A DNA stretch of 64,000 nucleotides from Minisyncoccota bacterium (GTDB taxonomy: Bacteria; Patescibacteriota; Minisyncoccia; Phycocordibacterales; SBAW01), in contig DATKGU010000003.1 of the NCBI GenBank assembly GCA_035510635.1, positions 662 through 64,661 on the forward strand, given 5' to 3'. The position numbers were made by a program, and so were the translations under genes. This document shows, piece after piece, positions 35,691 to 45,511 of the stretch. Every line of letters begins with the position of its first letter. The first letter of the stretch is position 1. Under the pieces are notes generated by a model. It was not told the DNA's origin. It made no database searches and saw only the letters and a program-made list of their open reading frames with translations.

Positions 35691-37034
35691 ATGCGCACTG
35701 CGTTTAAAAAAATAGTACTTTTACTCCTCACTCTTGAGGCACGCTTGGCGGTGGCGCGCTACAAGCCGCATATTATTGCCGTAACCGGCAGCGTGGGCAA
35801 AACCTCCACCAAAGATGCCATCTATGAGGTGGTGGCCGAGGGCGCCTATGTGCGCAAATCGCAAAAAAGTTTTAACAGCGAGATAGGTCTGCCGCTCACT
35901 ATCTTGGGGCGTCCTAATGCGTGGAATAATCCTTTTAAATGGATGCTTAATCTGCTCGATGGGCTTTTGCTTATAGTCCTCCGCTCGCGCTATCCGGAGT
36001 GGCTCGTGCTCGAGGTGGGAGCCGACAGGCCGGGCGATATAAAAAAGGTGGCCGCGTGGCTGCCGGTTACCATTGCGGTTATTACACGCCTCCCCGAGGT
36101 GCCGGTGCATGTGGAGTTTTTTGAATCAGCAGAGCAAGTGGTTGAAGAAAAGGCCGCGCTTATTGATGCGCTGCTGCCCGACGGCACGCTCGTGCTCTAT
36201 GCCGATGATGCGCGCGCCGAAGAGTTTAAAAAACGCGCCGCTGACAAAAAAATAATCACGTTTGGTTTTGCGCCGGGAGCCGATGTGCGCGCCGAGGATA
36301 CTGCCATTTTATTTGAGAGTGGTACCGAGCACTGGCCGATAGGGATGAGTACGCGTCTTACGATAGACGGCGTCTCGGTGCCTATTGAAGTTGAGGGAGC
36401 CATCGGCACGCATACGCTTTTGCCTGCGCTCGCGGCGGCGGCGGTTGGTGTTGCGCTCGGGAAGGCGCCGAGCGATATAGCACACGCACTTAAAAACTAC
36501 GAGCCGCCGCAAGGACGCATGCACTTAGTGCGCGGCGTTAAAGACACACTCATCATTGATGACACCTACAACTCTTCGCCGGCGGCGGTTGTTGCCGCAC
36601 TTGATGCTTTAAAGATGATTGGGCGCGCCGGCCAAAGCGCCGGCATCCCTCCAGGCCGGCGAATCGCCGTTCTGGGGGACATGCTTGAGCTTGGCCGCCA
36701 GTCGGTTGAGGAACACCGTAAAATTGGTGCCGAAGTGGCAACTCGCGCGAGCGACGGCGGCACTGTCGATATGCTTATCACCGTTGGATTTCGCGCGCGC
36801 GACATAGCCGAGGCCGCGCTCGATGGTGGCCTTGCTGAGAATGTAATTTTGCAATATGAGGATTCACAAAAAGCGGGGGAGGAGCTTGCCGCGTTGCTCC
36901 AAAGTGGCGACTGCGTGTTGGTTAAAGGCTCGCAGAGCATGCGCATGGAGCGCGCAGTTAAAGAGATGATGGCCGAGCCGGAGCTCGCAGGAGAACTGTT
37001 GGTGCGCCAAGACGAGGAGTGGATAAAAAGATAA
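35691..37034 (+). CDS. murF: Mur ligase, most likely UDP-MurNAc-tripeptide--D-Ala-D-Ala ligase MurF.
   Basis: ATP-binding VTGSVGKTSTKD; 447 aa (MurF-sized). Confidence 0.7.
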   Translation: MRTAFKKIVLLLLTLEARLAVARYKPHIIAVTGSVGKTSTKDAIYEVVAEGAYVRKSQKSFNSEIGLPLTILGRPNAWNNPFKWMLNLLDGLLLIVLRSRYPEWLVLEVGADRPGDIKKVAAWLPVTIAVITRLPEVPVHVEFFESAEQVVEEKAALIDALLPDGTLVLYADDARAEEFKKRAADKKIITFGFAPGADVRAEDTAILFESGTEHWPIGMSTRLTIDGVSVPIEVEGAIGTHTLLPALAAAAVGVALGKAPSDIAHALKNYEPPQGRMHLVRGVKDTLIIDDTYNSSPAAVVAALDALKMIGRAGQSAGIPPGRRIAVLGDMLELGRQSVEEHRKIGAEVATRASDGGTVDMLITVGFRARDIAEAALDGGLAENVILQYEDSQKAGEELAALLQSGDCVLVKGSQSMRMERAVKEMMAEPELAGELLVRQDEEWIKR

Positions 37035-37104
37035 TTTTGACAATCGACCTAATTTTACGTACAATCTAAGTTGGTACAGGGTTCTTCCTTTAAATTGCAT
37101 TCAC

Positions 37105-37428
37105 ATGTGGGGAGTGGTTGGTATGACTTTTAGTTTGCGCAGCACGCCTTGTCTCGATCAGGCCCGTATGGAAAGGGCGGAGAGAGCACGTCTGGCCGTT
37201 CTAAAGAGACAAGGTGAGCGGACGGTGGTCGCGCTGAAAGAAATAAAACAAACCGCCGCAGAGCGGTTAGAAAAGGCAAAACAATTTCCACCTGGCACGC
37301 CCGTGAGGCTAGGGAAGTGGACAGGCAAAGTTATGTCTGTCGACCGCAACACTGGTGCACTCAGTGTGCACATTCCGGGTTTCCGGGTGCAGAAACAATG
37401 TATGCCCGACTTTGTCGAGCTGGCATAA
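37105..37428 (+). CDS. Hypothetical protein (107 aa).
   Basis: ORF followed by terminator GCGAGG-CAAGT-CCTCGC-GTTCTTTCTTTT at ~37447-37480. Confidence 0.4.
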   Translation: MWGVVGMTFSLRSTPCLDQARMERAERARLAVLKRQGERTVVALKEIKQTAAERLEKAKQFPPGTPVRLGKWTGKVMSVDRNTGALSVHIPGFRVQKQCMPDFVELA

Positions 37429-37523
37429 CAAAGCTTTTAGCGCGAGGCAAGTCCTCGCGTTCTTTCTTTTATGAGCATTTTACGGTATTGTATTTTGGTG
37501 TTTAAGTATTTGTGCGACTGCAA

Positions 37524-37595
37524 GGCCCTATCGTCTAATGGCTAGGACAGTTCCCTCTCACGGAACAAATCGGGGTTCGAATCCCCGTAGGGTCA
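37524..37595 (+). tRNA. tRNA-Glu(CTC).
   Basis: Cloverleaf: acceptor GGCCCTA/TAGGGTC, D-arm GTCT-AATGGCTA-GGAC, anticodon arm GTTCC-CTCTCAC-GGAAC, T-arm CGGGG-TTCGAAT-CCCCG. Confidence 0.85.
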
Positions 37596-37599
37596 CAAC

Positions 37600-38253
37600 G
37601 TGGAATCTTCTCTCAAGATTTTAAAAAAGGACAAGCGGTTTGCGGCTTTGATTGCTCGGCATGGGGTGCCAGATTTAAAGCGCGGCAACAATCTCTTTCA
37701 AGCGCTTGCGCGCGCCATTGTGTACCAACAGCTCTCGGGCAAAGCAGCCAGCACTATTTACGCGCGGTTTGTCGCGCTTTTTAATGATGCAAAACTCTCT
37801 GTGAGCAAACATAAATTTCCCAAACCCGAAGAGGTGTTAAAAATACCGGTTGATAAACTCCGCAGTGCAGGCCTCTCGGGCCAAAAGGTTGGTTATCTCA
37901 AAGACTTGGCGCTCAAGTTTACCGACGGCACTATCAAGCACAAAAGTTTGCATGGTATGAGCACCGAGAAGGTCACTGCACATTTAACACAGATAAAGGG
38001 AGTAGGCGTATGGACCGTGCATATGTTGCAGATTTTTACACTCGGGCGCCCTGATGTGTTGCCGGTGGGCGACCTTGGCATACAAAAAGGGTTCCAGATA
38101 CTCTACAAACTCAAATCATTGCCGACGCCAAAAGATATGGAAAGGCTGGCAAAGCCATGGCGCGAGCATGCGTCGGTGGCGTCGTGGTATCTGTGGCGCG
38201 TAGCCGATGAAGCAAAAATAAAAGTAATTAAAAAGGGAAGTAATAAAAAATAA
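37600..38253 (+). CDS. HhH-GPD DNA glycosylase (DNA-3-methyladenine glycosylase II / AlkA-like).
   Basis: LTQIKGVGVWTVHMLQIFTLGRPDVLPVGDLGIQKGF helix-hairpin-helix with catalytic Asp. Confidence 0.75.
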   Translation: MESSLKILKKDKRFAALIARHGVPDLKRGNNLFQALARAIVYQQLSGKAASTIYARFVALFNDAKLSVSKHKFPKPEEVLKIPVDKLRSAGLSGQKVGYLKDLALKFTDGTIKHKSLHGMSTEKVTAHLTQIKGVGVWTVHMLQIFTLGRPDVLPVGDLGIQKGFQILYKLKSLPTPKDMERLAKPWREHASVASWYLWRVADEAKIKVIKKGSNKK

Positions 38254-38278
38254 AAGGGCAGGAACAAATGTCCTGCCC

Positions 38279-38581
38279 CTACCCAAACAACTCTAACTGG
38301 CATTCTGCGGCGCGCTTTTTTTCTTCTGCTTTGCGCCGCTTTTTGCGGGTCTGCGCGGCTTTCAATGCCATCCGCGAACGGACGATGTGCGCGACGGCTT
38401 CGATTCGGATGACGAGCTCCTCGTGCGGTATCCACACGAGCGTATGCAAGTGTTGAGTGACAAACTCGGTAATATACTGCGATTGTTTTTCAGGTATGAA
38501 TTTAAATCGCCGAGTTTGTCGCCACCCGCGACTCCGGAGTATGGAGTCAGCAATATCCTCGTCGGTCGGTCGGGGCATCAC
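38279..38581 (-). CDS. Hypothetical basic protein (100 aa).
   Basis: ATGA overlap with the upstream small ORF; minus-strand terminator GGGGCAGGA-CATTTGT-TCCTGCCC plus T-run at 38255-38278. Confidence 0.45.
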   Translation of the reverse strand: MMPRPTDEDIADSILRSRGWRQTRRFKFIPEKQSQYITEFVTQHLHTLVWIPHEELVIRIEAVAHIVRSRMALKAAQTRKKRRKAEEKKRAAECQLELFG

Positions 38582-38814
38582 GCCCTCCGTTGTAAGGCGC
38601 GCTGCTCGTCAAACTTGTTGCGAGCATATTGAGTCCCGACCTCGGACATAAGACGCTTAACATTACCTTTATCGGTAATGCCGACGCCTCGGATTGCCTT
38701 TGAAATAGCGTCAACCTCGGTGAGGGCCTCGCCCTTTTCGAGTTTCCGTTTTGCGCTCGCCGCAAGCGCTTTAACGATTGCTGTCATTTGTTTTGCGCCT
38801 CCGGCGCTTGGCAA
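38578..38814 (-). CDS. Hypothetical small protein (78 aa).
   Basis: First gene of a two-gene minus-strand operon. Confidence 0.45.
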   Translation of the reverse strand: MPSAGGAKQMTAIVKALAASAKRKLEKGEALTEVDAISKAIRGVGITDKGNVKRLMSEVGTQYARNKFDEQRALQRRA

Positions 38815-38954
38815 GAGGAATACGCAACACTATCCGACATTAATTATGCCTATTAAAATAATGAAAGTCAAGTGAAGCTGTGGATACCTGTTTTTATATA
38901 AAAAGGGCGGCTATCTTGCGATACCGCCCCTGAGTCTCTCTCGATCATTCTGAC

Positions 38955-39383
38955 TTATGTGAACGCGGCAATGAGTTTGTTGTCTGCCTCGTTCAGTAGT
39001 TGGCGGAGCGTGCGGAGCGGTACTCGTCGGACGTGGTGGCCGTCTGGGCTCGTGCTCGGCAAGTTGTTCAGTCCTCCTGCGGGCAACGCAACCCGATAGC
39101 AGTAGACGATTTGCTGCGCCACGTTAGTCTCTCTCGGCACACTCTTCACCAACTTCAGCCTGTTGGCGGGGATGTTCAGCCCTGTTTCCGATAGGAGTAT
39201 GCGGCTCATCGCTGTGAGTGGCGCAACGCCATCTTCAACCCTGCTGCCGGGCAGTTGCCAGTCGCGCCGCAATCCTTCGATATTTTTGACCAGGACAGTT
39301 TCGCCCTCGCATTCAATGAGAGCAACCACAACTTCTCGCCGCGGCTTGCGGGAGTCTTGATAGTCGTGCAGATTTCGCATCAC
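38955..39383 (-). CDS. NUDIX-fold protein with degenerate Nudix box.
   Basis: GSRVEDGVAPLTAMSRILLSETGL aligns to GX5EX7REUXEEXGU but lacks several catalytic Glu; terminator hairpin downstream at ~38905-38935. Confidence 0.5.
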   Translation of the reverse strand: MMRNLHDYQDSRKPRREVVVALIECEGETVLVKNIEGLRRDWQLPGSRVEDGVAPLTAMSRILLSETGLNIPANRLKLVKSVPRETNVAQQIVYCYRVALPAGGLNNLPSTSPDGHHVRRVPLRTLRQLLNEADNKLIAAFT

Positions 39384-39466
39384 ACGTCCCCAAGTTAGAG
39401 GGTAGTTCTATTCCGCGAATGATATTACACGAAAATATAGTTTTGTCAAAAATGACTCGATATACA

Positions 39467-39919
39467 TTACGCAAACAGGTCGTCTACCACCTCTTTGACC
39501 ATCGTACCATCGGCTTTGCCTTTTAAATCCTTCATAAGCGCGCCCATGAGCTGATTGGCGCCTGTTTTGTCGGCAATACCCATCTCGGCGGCTTTGACCT
39601 TGGCGGCAGCCTCAACGTCTGTTTTGCTCATCTGAGCGGGGAGGAGGGTTGCAAGCACGTCTAGCTCGGCCTTTTCGCTCTCTGCGAGCTCGGGGCGGCC
39701 ACCTGCCTCAAACTGCTCTATGGAGTCTTTGCGCTGTTTGCTGGCGCGCACAATAACCGAGAGCACCTCGTCCTCGGTGAGTACGCCGTCTGGGCCGCGG
39801 CCCTTAGAAACCAACTCGTTGGTGCACGCGGCAATAAGCCCGCGCATAACCGCGAGCTTAACCGGCTCCTTTGCCTTCATCGCGGCAATCATGGCCGCTT
39901 TTATATCTTGCTGTGTCAT
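39467..39919 (-). CDS. GatB/YqeY domain protein.
   Basis: Full-length YqeY similarity, 150 aa. Confidence 0.85.
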   Translation of the reverse strand: MTQQDIKAAMIAAMKAKEPVKLAVMRGLIAACTNELVSKGRGPDGVLTEDEVLSVIVRASKQRKDSIEQFEAGGRPELAESEKAELDVLATLLPAQMSKTDVEAAAKVKAAEMGIADKTGANQLMGALMKDLKGKADGTMVKEVVDDLFA

Positions 39920-39958
39920 ATGGCATCTACTATAGCAAAAAAATGCTAAAATGCTTGC

Positions 39959-40969
39959 ATGGATTTACTCACAGGTTTAATTATCGTATTAATACTCGTC
40001 ATACTGGGATTGGTAGCTATGGTGTACCGTGTGTGGAACACTTTGCAACAACCGCCGCTCCCGCCTCCTCCGCCCGATACCTCGAGCTTTTTACTTCTGC
40101 AAAATCAAATGAAAAATCTGCAGGACGCAGTTAAGTTTGACCTGCTCGAGGTGGTTAAGGGCGTGACGCAAACACAGGAGTCGACCAAGCAAGTGTTTGT
40201 CATTGCCGAGCAGTTGAGCAACTTGGAGAAGGTGTTAAAAAATCAAAAACAGCGCGGTAACTTGGGTGAAGCGTCGCTTGAACTCGTGATGAGCAACATT
40301 TTGCCGCCGGGCGCCTACGCGATGCAGTATGAGTTCCCTGGCGGAGAGACCGTCGACGCGATTATCCGCACCAAAGAAGGCTTTATCCCGGTTGATGCAA
40401 AGTTCCCGTTGGAAAATTACACGCGCATCCATGACGAGCGTGATGACGAGCGCCGCGCGGGGTTTGAGGAAGCGTTTAAGCGCGACTTAAAAAAGCGCAT
40501 CGACGAGACAAGCAAGTATGTGCGACCCAAAGATGGCACGCTGCCGTTTGCGTTTATGTACATCCCGGCGGAGGGCATCTACTACGACCTCCTCAACGAC
40601 GGCATTGGCGCGGTTAATACGCGCAGCCTCCTCGACTACGCACAAAACGAAAAGAAGGTGATTATTGTCTCTCCTACAACCTTTGCGGCTTATCTACAGT
40701 CGGTGCTTTATGGTTTTAAGGCGTTTAAAATTGAGGAGCAGGCAAAGGATATTGCCAAAAATGTTGAGGCTTTAGGGCGGCATATCAACGCTTATCAGGA
40801 TTACTACAAAAAGCTGGGGGCTTCGCTTTCGACTACGGTTAATCATTTTAATGCCGGCTCCAAGGAGCTTGGCAAGATAGAAAAGGATGTGCTCAAAATC
40901 GACACCTCGGCAGAAATTGCCATTGATGTGCCGGCCATCGACAGGCCTCTCCTCGAGGGCAAGGAGTAG
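39959..40969 (+). CDS. rmuC: DNA recombination protein RmuC.
   Basis: N-terminal TM plus coiled-coil plus RmuC nuclease-like C-terminus. Confidence 0.85.
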   Translation: MDLLTGLIIVLILVILGLVAMVYRVWNTLQQPPLPPPPPDTSSFLLLQNQMKNLQDAVKFDLLEVVKGVTQTQESTKQVFVIAEQLSNLEKVLKNQKQRGNLGEASLELVMSNILPPGAYAMQYEFPGGETVDAIIRTKEGFIPVDAKFPLENYTRIHDERDDERRAGFEEAFKRDLKKRIDETSKYVRPKDGTLPFAFMYIPAEGIYYDLLNDGIGAVNTRSLLDYAQNEKKVIIVSPTTFAAYLQSVLYGFKAFKIEEQAKDIAKNVEALGRHINAYQDYYKKLGASLSTTVNHFNAGSKELGKIEKDVLKIDTSAEIAIDVPAIDRPLLEGKE

Positions 40970-41009
40970 TTGCAAAAATAGGGCTTTTAGGCTAGTATAT
41001 GCGGGCACT

Positions 41010-41354
41010 ATGAAAGATTTCGCAATAATCCAGACCGGCGGCAAACAATACCTCGTGGAGGAGGGTGCCGTTCTCAAAGTAGAAAAGATAAAAGGCCCGC
41101 ATAGCGAAAGCGGCTACGGTGTGTACAACGTGGGCGATAAGGTTGTTTTTGACGAGGTGCTCCTTGCCGACGACGGCAAAGCCACGACGCTCGGTGGGCC
41201 GTTTATTAAAGGCTCTAAAGTAGAGGCCGAGGTCACCAAAATCTCCCGCGCCAAAAAGGTGACGGTCATCAAATACAAAGCAAAGAGCAACTATTTTAAA
41301 AAGCGCGGCCATCGCCAGCCGTATTTTGAAGTCAAAATCACAAAACTCGCGTAA
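41010..41354 (+). CDS. rplU: 50S ribosomal protein L21.
   Basis: MKDFAIIQTGGKQYLVEEG... (internal ATG of the longer ORF); no rpmA downstream. Confidence 0.9.
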   Translation: MKDFAIIQTGGKQYLVEEGAVLKVEKIKGPHSESGYGVYNVGDKVVFDEVLLADDGKATTLGGPFIKGSKVEAEVTKISRAKKVTVIKYKAKSNYFKKRGHRQPYFEVKITKLA

Positions 41355-41356
41355 AC

Positions 41357-41381
41357 AAAAAAGCCCTTCGGGGCTTTTTTG
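41357..41381. terminator. Bidirectional rho-independent terminator (AAAAAAGCCC-TTCG-GGGCTTTTTT) between convergent rplU and recR.
   Basis: GC stem with tetraloop flanked by A-run and T-run. Confidence 0.8.
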
Positions 41382-41999
41382 TTAACCTCTTGAATTAAGT
41401 GCTGAAGCAATTGTGTCTGGGTCGGCGTATTCGAGCTCACTGCCGGTGGAGAGGCCGCGGCCGAGCGAGGAGAGTTTGAAGCCGAGCCCTTCGGAAAGTG
41501 GCAGGAGTTTTTCTTGCAAGATAAGGCGGGTGTGGTCGCCCTCGGTGGTGGCCGAAAGGCCAAGGATAATCTCTTTAAGTTTGCCCGCGGCCGCGTCCTC
41601 CTCAACGCGCTTCAAGAGCTCATGCACGCGTATGTACTTTTGCGGCTCTTCGGCGGCAAGCGGTATCGTGCCGCCAAGCACAAAGTAGAGGCCGCCAAAG
41701 TTGCTGCGCTCGACATTGTCCATGTCGGCGTCCTTTTCGACTATAAAGAGGAGACCTTCGTCGCGACGCGAGCTTGCACATATGCTGCACAGATTGCTTT
41801 TGTGCTCTTCTTTAACAAACCAACGGAAGCATTTTTTGCACTGCGTGGTGTGTGCGCCGAGTTGTTGTATCGTTTCGGATAGCTCGCCGCGCACGGCAGG
41901 AGATGCAGCTAGGAGATATTGCACAAAGCGCCGCGCCTGGCGCGGCCCGATGCCGGGGAAGTGTTCAAAAGCTTCGGTTAGTTTTTCAATCGGGTTCAT
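41382..41999 (-). CDS. recR: Recombination protein RecR.
   Basis: HhH N-terminus, C4 zinc finger (CKKC...CSIC), Toprim domain. Confidence 0.9.
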   Translation of the reverse strand: MNPIEKLTEAFEHFPGIGPRQARRFVQYLLAASPAVRGELSETIQQLGAHTTQCKKCFRWFVKEEHKSNLCSICASSRRDEGLLFIVEKDADMDNVERSNFGGLYFVLGGTIPLAAEEPQKYIRVHELLKRVEEDAAAGKLKEIILGLSATTEGDHTRLILQEKLLPLSEGLGFKLSSLGRGLSTGSELEYADPDTIASALNSRG

Positions 42000-42123
42000 T
42001 GCTTTGGAAAAAAGGTAAAATAGGTTGTAAGGGCAATAAGTCGAGGCTGACTGAGCCGAGACATACTAATTTTTTAGCAAAAAAATTAGGGTGACCTGAC
42101 AACCTATTTTACCTTTTTTCTTT

Positions 42124-43503
42124 CTAAAAATCCTGATTTGCGTTTTCAAACGCGCCGAAGTCGGTCTTTTCCAAGCTTTGGAAGGTGGTGCGCTTTTCGT
42201 CAAAGTAGAGCTCGATTTTGCCCACCGGGCCGTTGCGGTGCTTCTCTATCATAATCTCGGCAATGTTGGGGCGCTCGCTTTCTTTATTTTGCTTGTCATC
42301 GCGATGGATAAACATAACCACATCGGCATCTTGCTCGATGGAGCCCGAGTCGCGCAGGTCGGAGAGGCGCGGTTTGCCGCCGCGCTGCTCCACGGCGCGC
42401 GAGAGTTGCGAGAGCGCAAGCACCGGCACATCAAGCTCGCGCGCCAAATTTTTAAGCGAGCGGGAAATCTCGGTCACTTGCTGGACCATGCTGTCGCTCG
42501 CACGCGCGCCAGTGGGCACCATAAGCTGGAGATAGTCGACAATCAGGAGCCCAAGACCGTGCTCCTTTTTGAGCCTTCGCGCGGTGGCGCGCATTTTTAA
42601 AATATTGTTGCCCGGCTCATCGCTGATAAAAATGGGCGCCGCGCCGAGCTTGTCATACGCCTCGCGTATCCTGTCCCAATCTTCTTGGCTGTTGATGTGG
42701 CCCGTGCGCAAGTTCCACGAGTTGACTCCTGCCTCGGCCGCAACCATGCGGTCGATAAGCTGTTGTGCGGCCATCTCGAGCGAAAATACACCGACCACGG
42801 TGCCGTGCTGCACCGCCGATTGTCGCGCGATGTCGAGTGCGAGCGATGTTTTACCAACCGAGGGCCGTGCCGCCAAAATGATAAGGTCGGACTTTTGCAG
42901 GCCCGCGAGCATATTGTCCAAATCTTTAAAGCCGGTGCGCACGCCGCGCAACTCGTCTTTGTGCTCATGCAAATGTTCGAGGCGCGTCCACGCATCTTTA
43001 AGCGAGTCGCCGAGCGACGTAAATTTGGACATCGTAGGAGCTGATGTCACTTCAAAAATCTTTTTCTCGGCCTTCTCGAGTGTTTCGTCGACATCGCTTG
43101 CCTCATCATAGCCGAGCTCGGCGACAAACTCGCCCGCGTCGATAAGGCTCCGGAGCATATATTTTTTTTGCACTTGCGCCGCATAGTGTCGCGCGCTCGA
43201 TGCCGCAGGCACGTTGCTCACAAGCTCGGCCAAGTAGCCGATGCCACCGATTTGCTCGAGCACGCTCTCGTCGCTCAATTTTGCGCGCACGCTCTCAATG
43301 TCAACAGGTTCGCTCTTGGTGTAGAGCGCGAGCATCGCTCTATATATAATGCGGTGCTTCTCGCTGTAAAAAGCATCGGGCGATATAAGATCGCTCGACT
43401 CGGTCATGCCATCGGGGCGTATCATCAGAGCGCCGAGCAAAGCCTTTTCGCTCTCGAGTGTTTGCGGCGGGACGCGCAGCGGGTCGTTATGCTTTTTTGC
43501 CAT
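42124..43503 (-). CDS. dnaB: Replicative DNA helicase DnaB.
   Basis: Walker A PSVGKTSLALD; full-length DnaB similarity; no intein. Confidence 0.9.
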   Translation of the reverse strand: MAKKHNDPLRVPPQTLESEKALLGALMIRPDGMTESSDLISPDAFYSEKHRIIYRAMLALYTKSEPVDIESVRAKLSDESVLEQIGGIGYLAELVSNVPAASSARHYAAQVQKKYMLRSLIDAGEFVAELGYDEASDVDETLEKAEKKIFEVTSAPTMSKFTSLGDSLKDAWTRLEHLHEHKDELRGVRTGFKDLDNMLAGLQKSDLIILAARPSVGKTSLALDIARQSAVQHGTVVGVFSLEMAAQQLIDRMVAAEAGVNSWNLRTGHINSQEDWDRIREAYDKLGAAPIFISDEPGNNILKMRATARRLKKEHGLGLLIVDYLQLMVPTGARASDSMVQQVTEISRSLKNLARELDVPVLALSQLSRAVEQRGGKPRLSDLRDSGSIEQDADVVMFIHRDDKQNKESERPNIAEIMIEKHRNGPVGKIELYFDEKRTTFQSLEKTDFGAFENANQDF

Positions 43504-43680
43504 CCACTATAGAGTACTCTTTTTATGCAAGGGAGGGTATGTTGACGGAAGGTGGACAGATAGGGGATAACCTTTCATTTTTATTGGACCATTACGGCAC
43601 TATTGACTTTTATTGTTTTTGGGTGTTTAATTTATCTTAAACAGTTAGCCTCATTCCGAGGCTTTGAAAGGGAGGATGTA

Positions 43681-43938
43681 ATGCGGTATCACACGGAAGA
43701 ACTGGCTTTTCCAAACGGTTGGGAGGTGAAGGCTGTTCCCGGTTCGGCTGAGGGGGCGGAAAAATTCTACGTCCAAGCCAAAGTTGTGACCAACTTTGGC
43801 GAAGGCCAAGAGACAGATTGCTACCTCCTCGACGACGGCGTGTGGCATATGGAAGCGGGCGATGGATATGGACACCACTTCAGTTCCAAGGCAGAAGCTG
43901 AAGCGGCCCTCGCTTTCGAGTTCAAGGAAAGGGATTGA
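43681..43938 (+). CDS. Hypothetical small protein (start at MRYHTEE with SD GGGAGG).
   Basis: ORF plus good RBS; followed by nested hairpins and T-run ~43950-44030. Confidence 0.4.
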   Translation: MRYHTEELAFPNGWEVKAVPGSAEGAEKFYVQAKVVTNFGEGQETDCYLLDDGVWHMEAGDGYGHHFSSKAEAEAALAFEFKERD

Positions 43939-44050
43939 AAGCTGCCGAATGTAAGCCGCCCGCTGCAGAGACCGCCCCCATTGGTCTCTCGGTGAGGCGG
44001 TTTTCTGTTTTTAAAGTAAGGTGTTTTAATATCAAGGAGGGTCCTCGCTT

Positions 44051-45490
44051 TTATTTTTTGCTTAGTTTTTGGCCCTCGGGGGTGTCTTTTATATCGTAAC
44101 CCAGCACTTCTATCTGCCCGCGCAGCTCGTCGGCTTTGGTAAAGTCTTTGCTCTCGCGGGCGGTTTCGCGCTCTTTCATAAGTGTTTGGACCTCCTCTGG
44201 CAAGTCGGTTTGTGCAACTACCGCAAGCTTTTGAGGTTGTCGCATGTTGGCAAGTTCCAAGCCCAATATTTTATCTGCTTCAACAAGAGTGGCTTGATTG
44301 AGATTTTTTATATGCTCCCACACAAGCGCAAGCGCTTTGGGCGTGTCGAGGTCGTTGGCGACTGCTTTATAAAATTCTTCCAAAAATTTACTATCCGGCT
44401 CGCCGTCTTTTGACATTTCAAGATAGGCGCGCGCGAGCCGCTTGAGCGCCGTGTCGGCACCTTCGATTGCTTCCCACGTAAAGTTCATTGGGCTCCTATA
44501 GTGGCCGGTGAGATACCAATAGCGTAATGCGAGCGGTGAGAAGCCACGCTCAATGATTTGATGCAGATAAATAGTATTGCCTTGCGACTTAGAGAGCCGT
44601 TTGCCCTCAATGGTGATAAACGCGTTGTGCATCCAATAGCGCACAAATTGTTTACCGGTTGCCGCCTCGGCCTGCGCTATCTCGTTGTTGTGATGTATCG
44701 GCACGAGGTCGATGCCGCCCAAGTGTATATCGATTTGTTTGCCGAGGAGCGTAAAGATCATCGCCGTGCACTCGATGTGCCAACCGGGGAAGCCGGTGCC
44801 CCAAGGGCTTTGCCACTCTTGCTGGCGTACTCCGCCTTTGGGCGAGAACTTCCACAACGCAAAGTCATGCGCATTTTTCTTCTGCATGTTTTCCTCAACA
44901 CGGGCGCCGTCTTTTTGGCCACCCAAGTTGATGTGCCCCAGCTTGCCGTACGCCGCAAATTTTGACGTATCAAAATACACGCCATCGTCAATGATATAGG
45001 CGTAGCCTTTTTCTTCCAATGTTTTAACCAATGCAATTTGCTCTGCTATATATGCCGTTGCGCGGGGGAACTCTATTTTTGAACGGTCGATGCCAAGCTG
45101 GTCTAGGTCATTAAAATAAAGTTGTGTGATTGTCTCGGCAATTTCTTGCGCGCTAAGCCCGCGTTTTTTTGCGCTCGCTTCCATCCTATCCTCGCCAATG
45201 TCGGCGTCGCCCGCGTTGTCGCCGGTGAGGTGGCCGACATCGGTAATGTTGCTCACATGCTTAACGGGGTAACCCCACACCTTGAGCGTTTTACGGAGCG
45301 TGTTGGCAAGCAGCGGCCCGCGCAAATTGCCGATGTGTTGCTGCTCGTACACGGTGGGGCCGCAGTTGTACATTTTGACTATGCCGTTTAAGGGTTCAAA
45401 AACTTCAACCTCGCCCGAGAGCGTGTTGTGGAGCTTCAATGCGGGGAAGCCGCTTTGTTTTTTGGAGGTAAAGAGTGAGAGGATGCCCAT
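44051..45490 (-). CDS. cysS: Cysteinyl-tRNA synthetase.
   Basis: HIGN (HIGH-like) and KMSKS-like RLSKSQGN; 479 aa. Confidence 0.9.
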   Translation of the reverse strand: MGILSLFTSKKQSGFPALKLHNTLSGEVEVFEPLNGIVKMYNCGPTVYEQQHIGNLRGPLLANTLRKTLKVWGYPVKHVSNITDVGHLTGDNAGDADIGEDRMEASAKKRGLSAQEIAETITQLYFNDLDQLGIDRSKIEFPRATAYIAEQIALVKTLEEKGYAYIIDDGVYFDTSKFAAYGKLGHINLGGQKDGARVEENMQKKNAHDFALWKFSPKGGVRQQEWQSPWGTGFPGWHIECTAMIFTLLGKQIDIHLGGIDLVPIHHNNEIAQAEAATGKQFVRYWMHNAFITIEGKRLSKSQGNTIYLHQIIERGFSPLALRYWYLTGHYRSPMNFTWEAIEGADTALKRLARAYLEMSKDGEPDSKFLEEFYKAVANDLDTPKALALVWEHIKNLNQATLVEADKILGLELANMRQPQKLAVVAQTDLPEEVQTLMKERETARESKDFTKADELRGQIEVLGYDIKDTPEGQKLSKK

Positions 45491-45511
45491 GTGTGGTTTA
45501 AGAGCGGCTGT

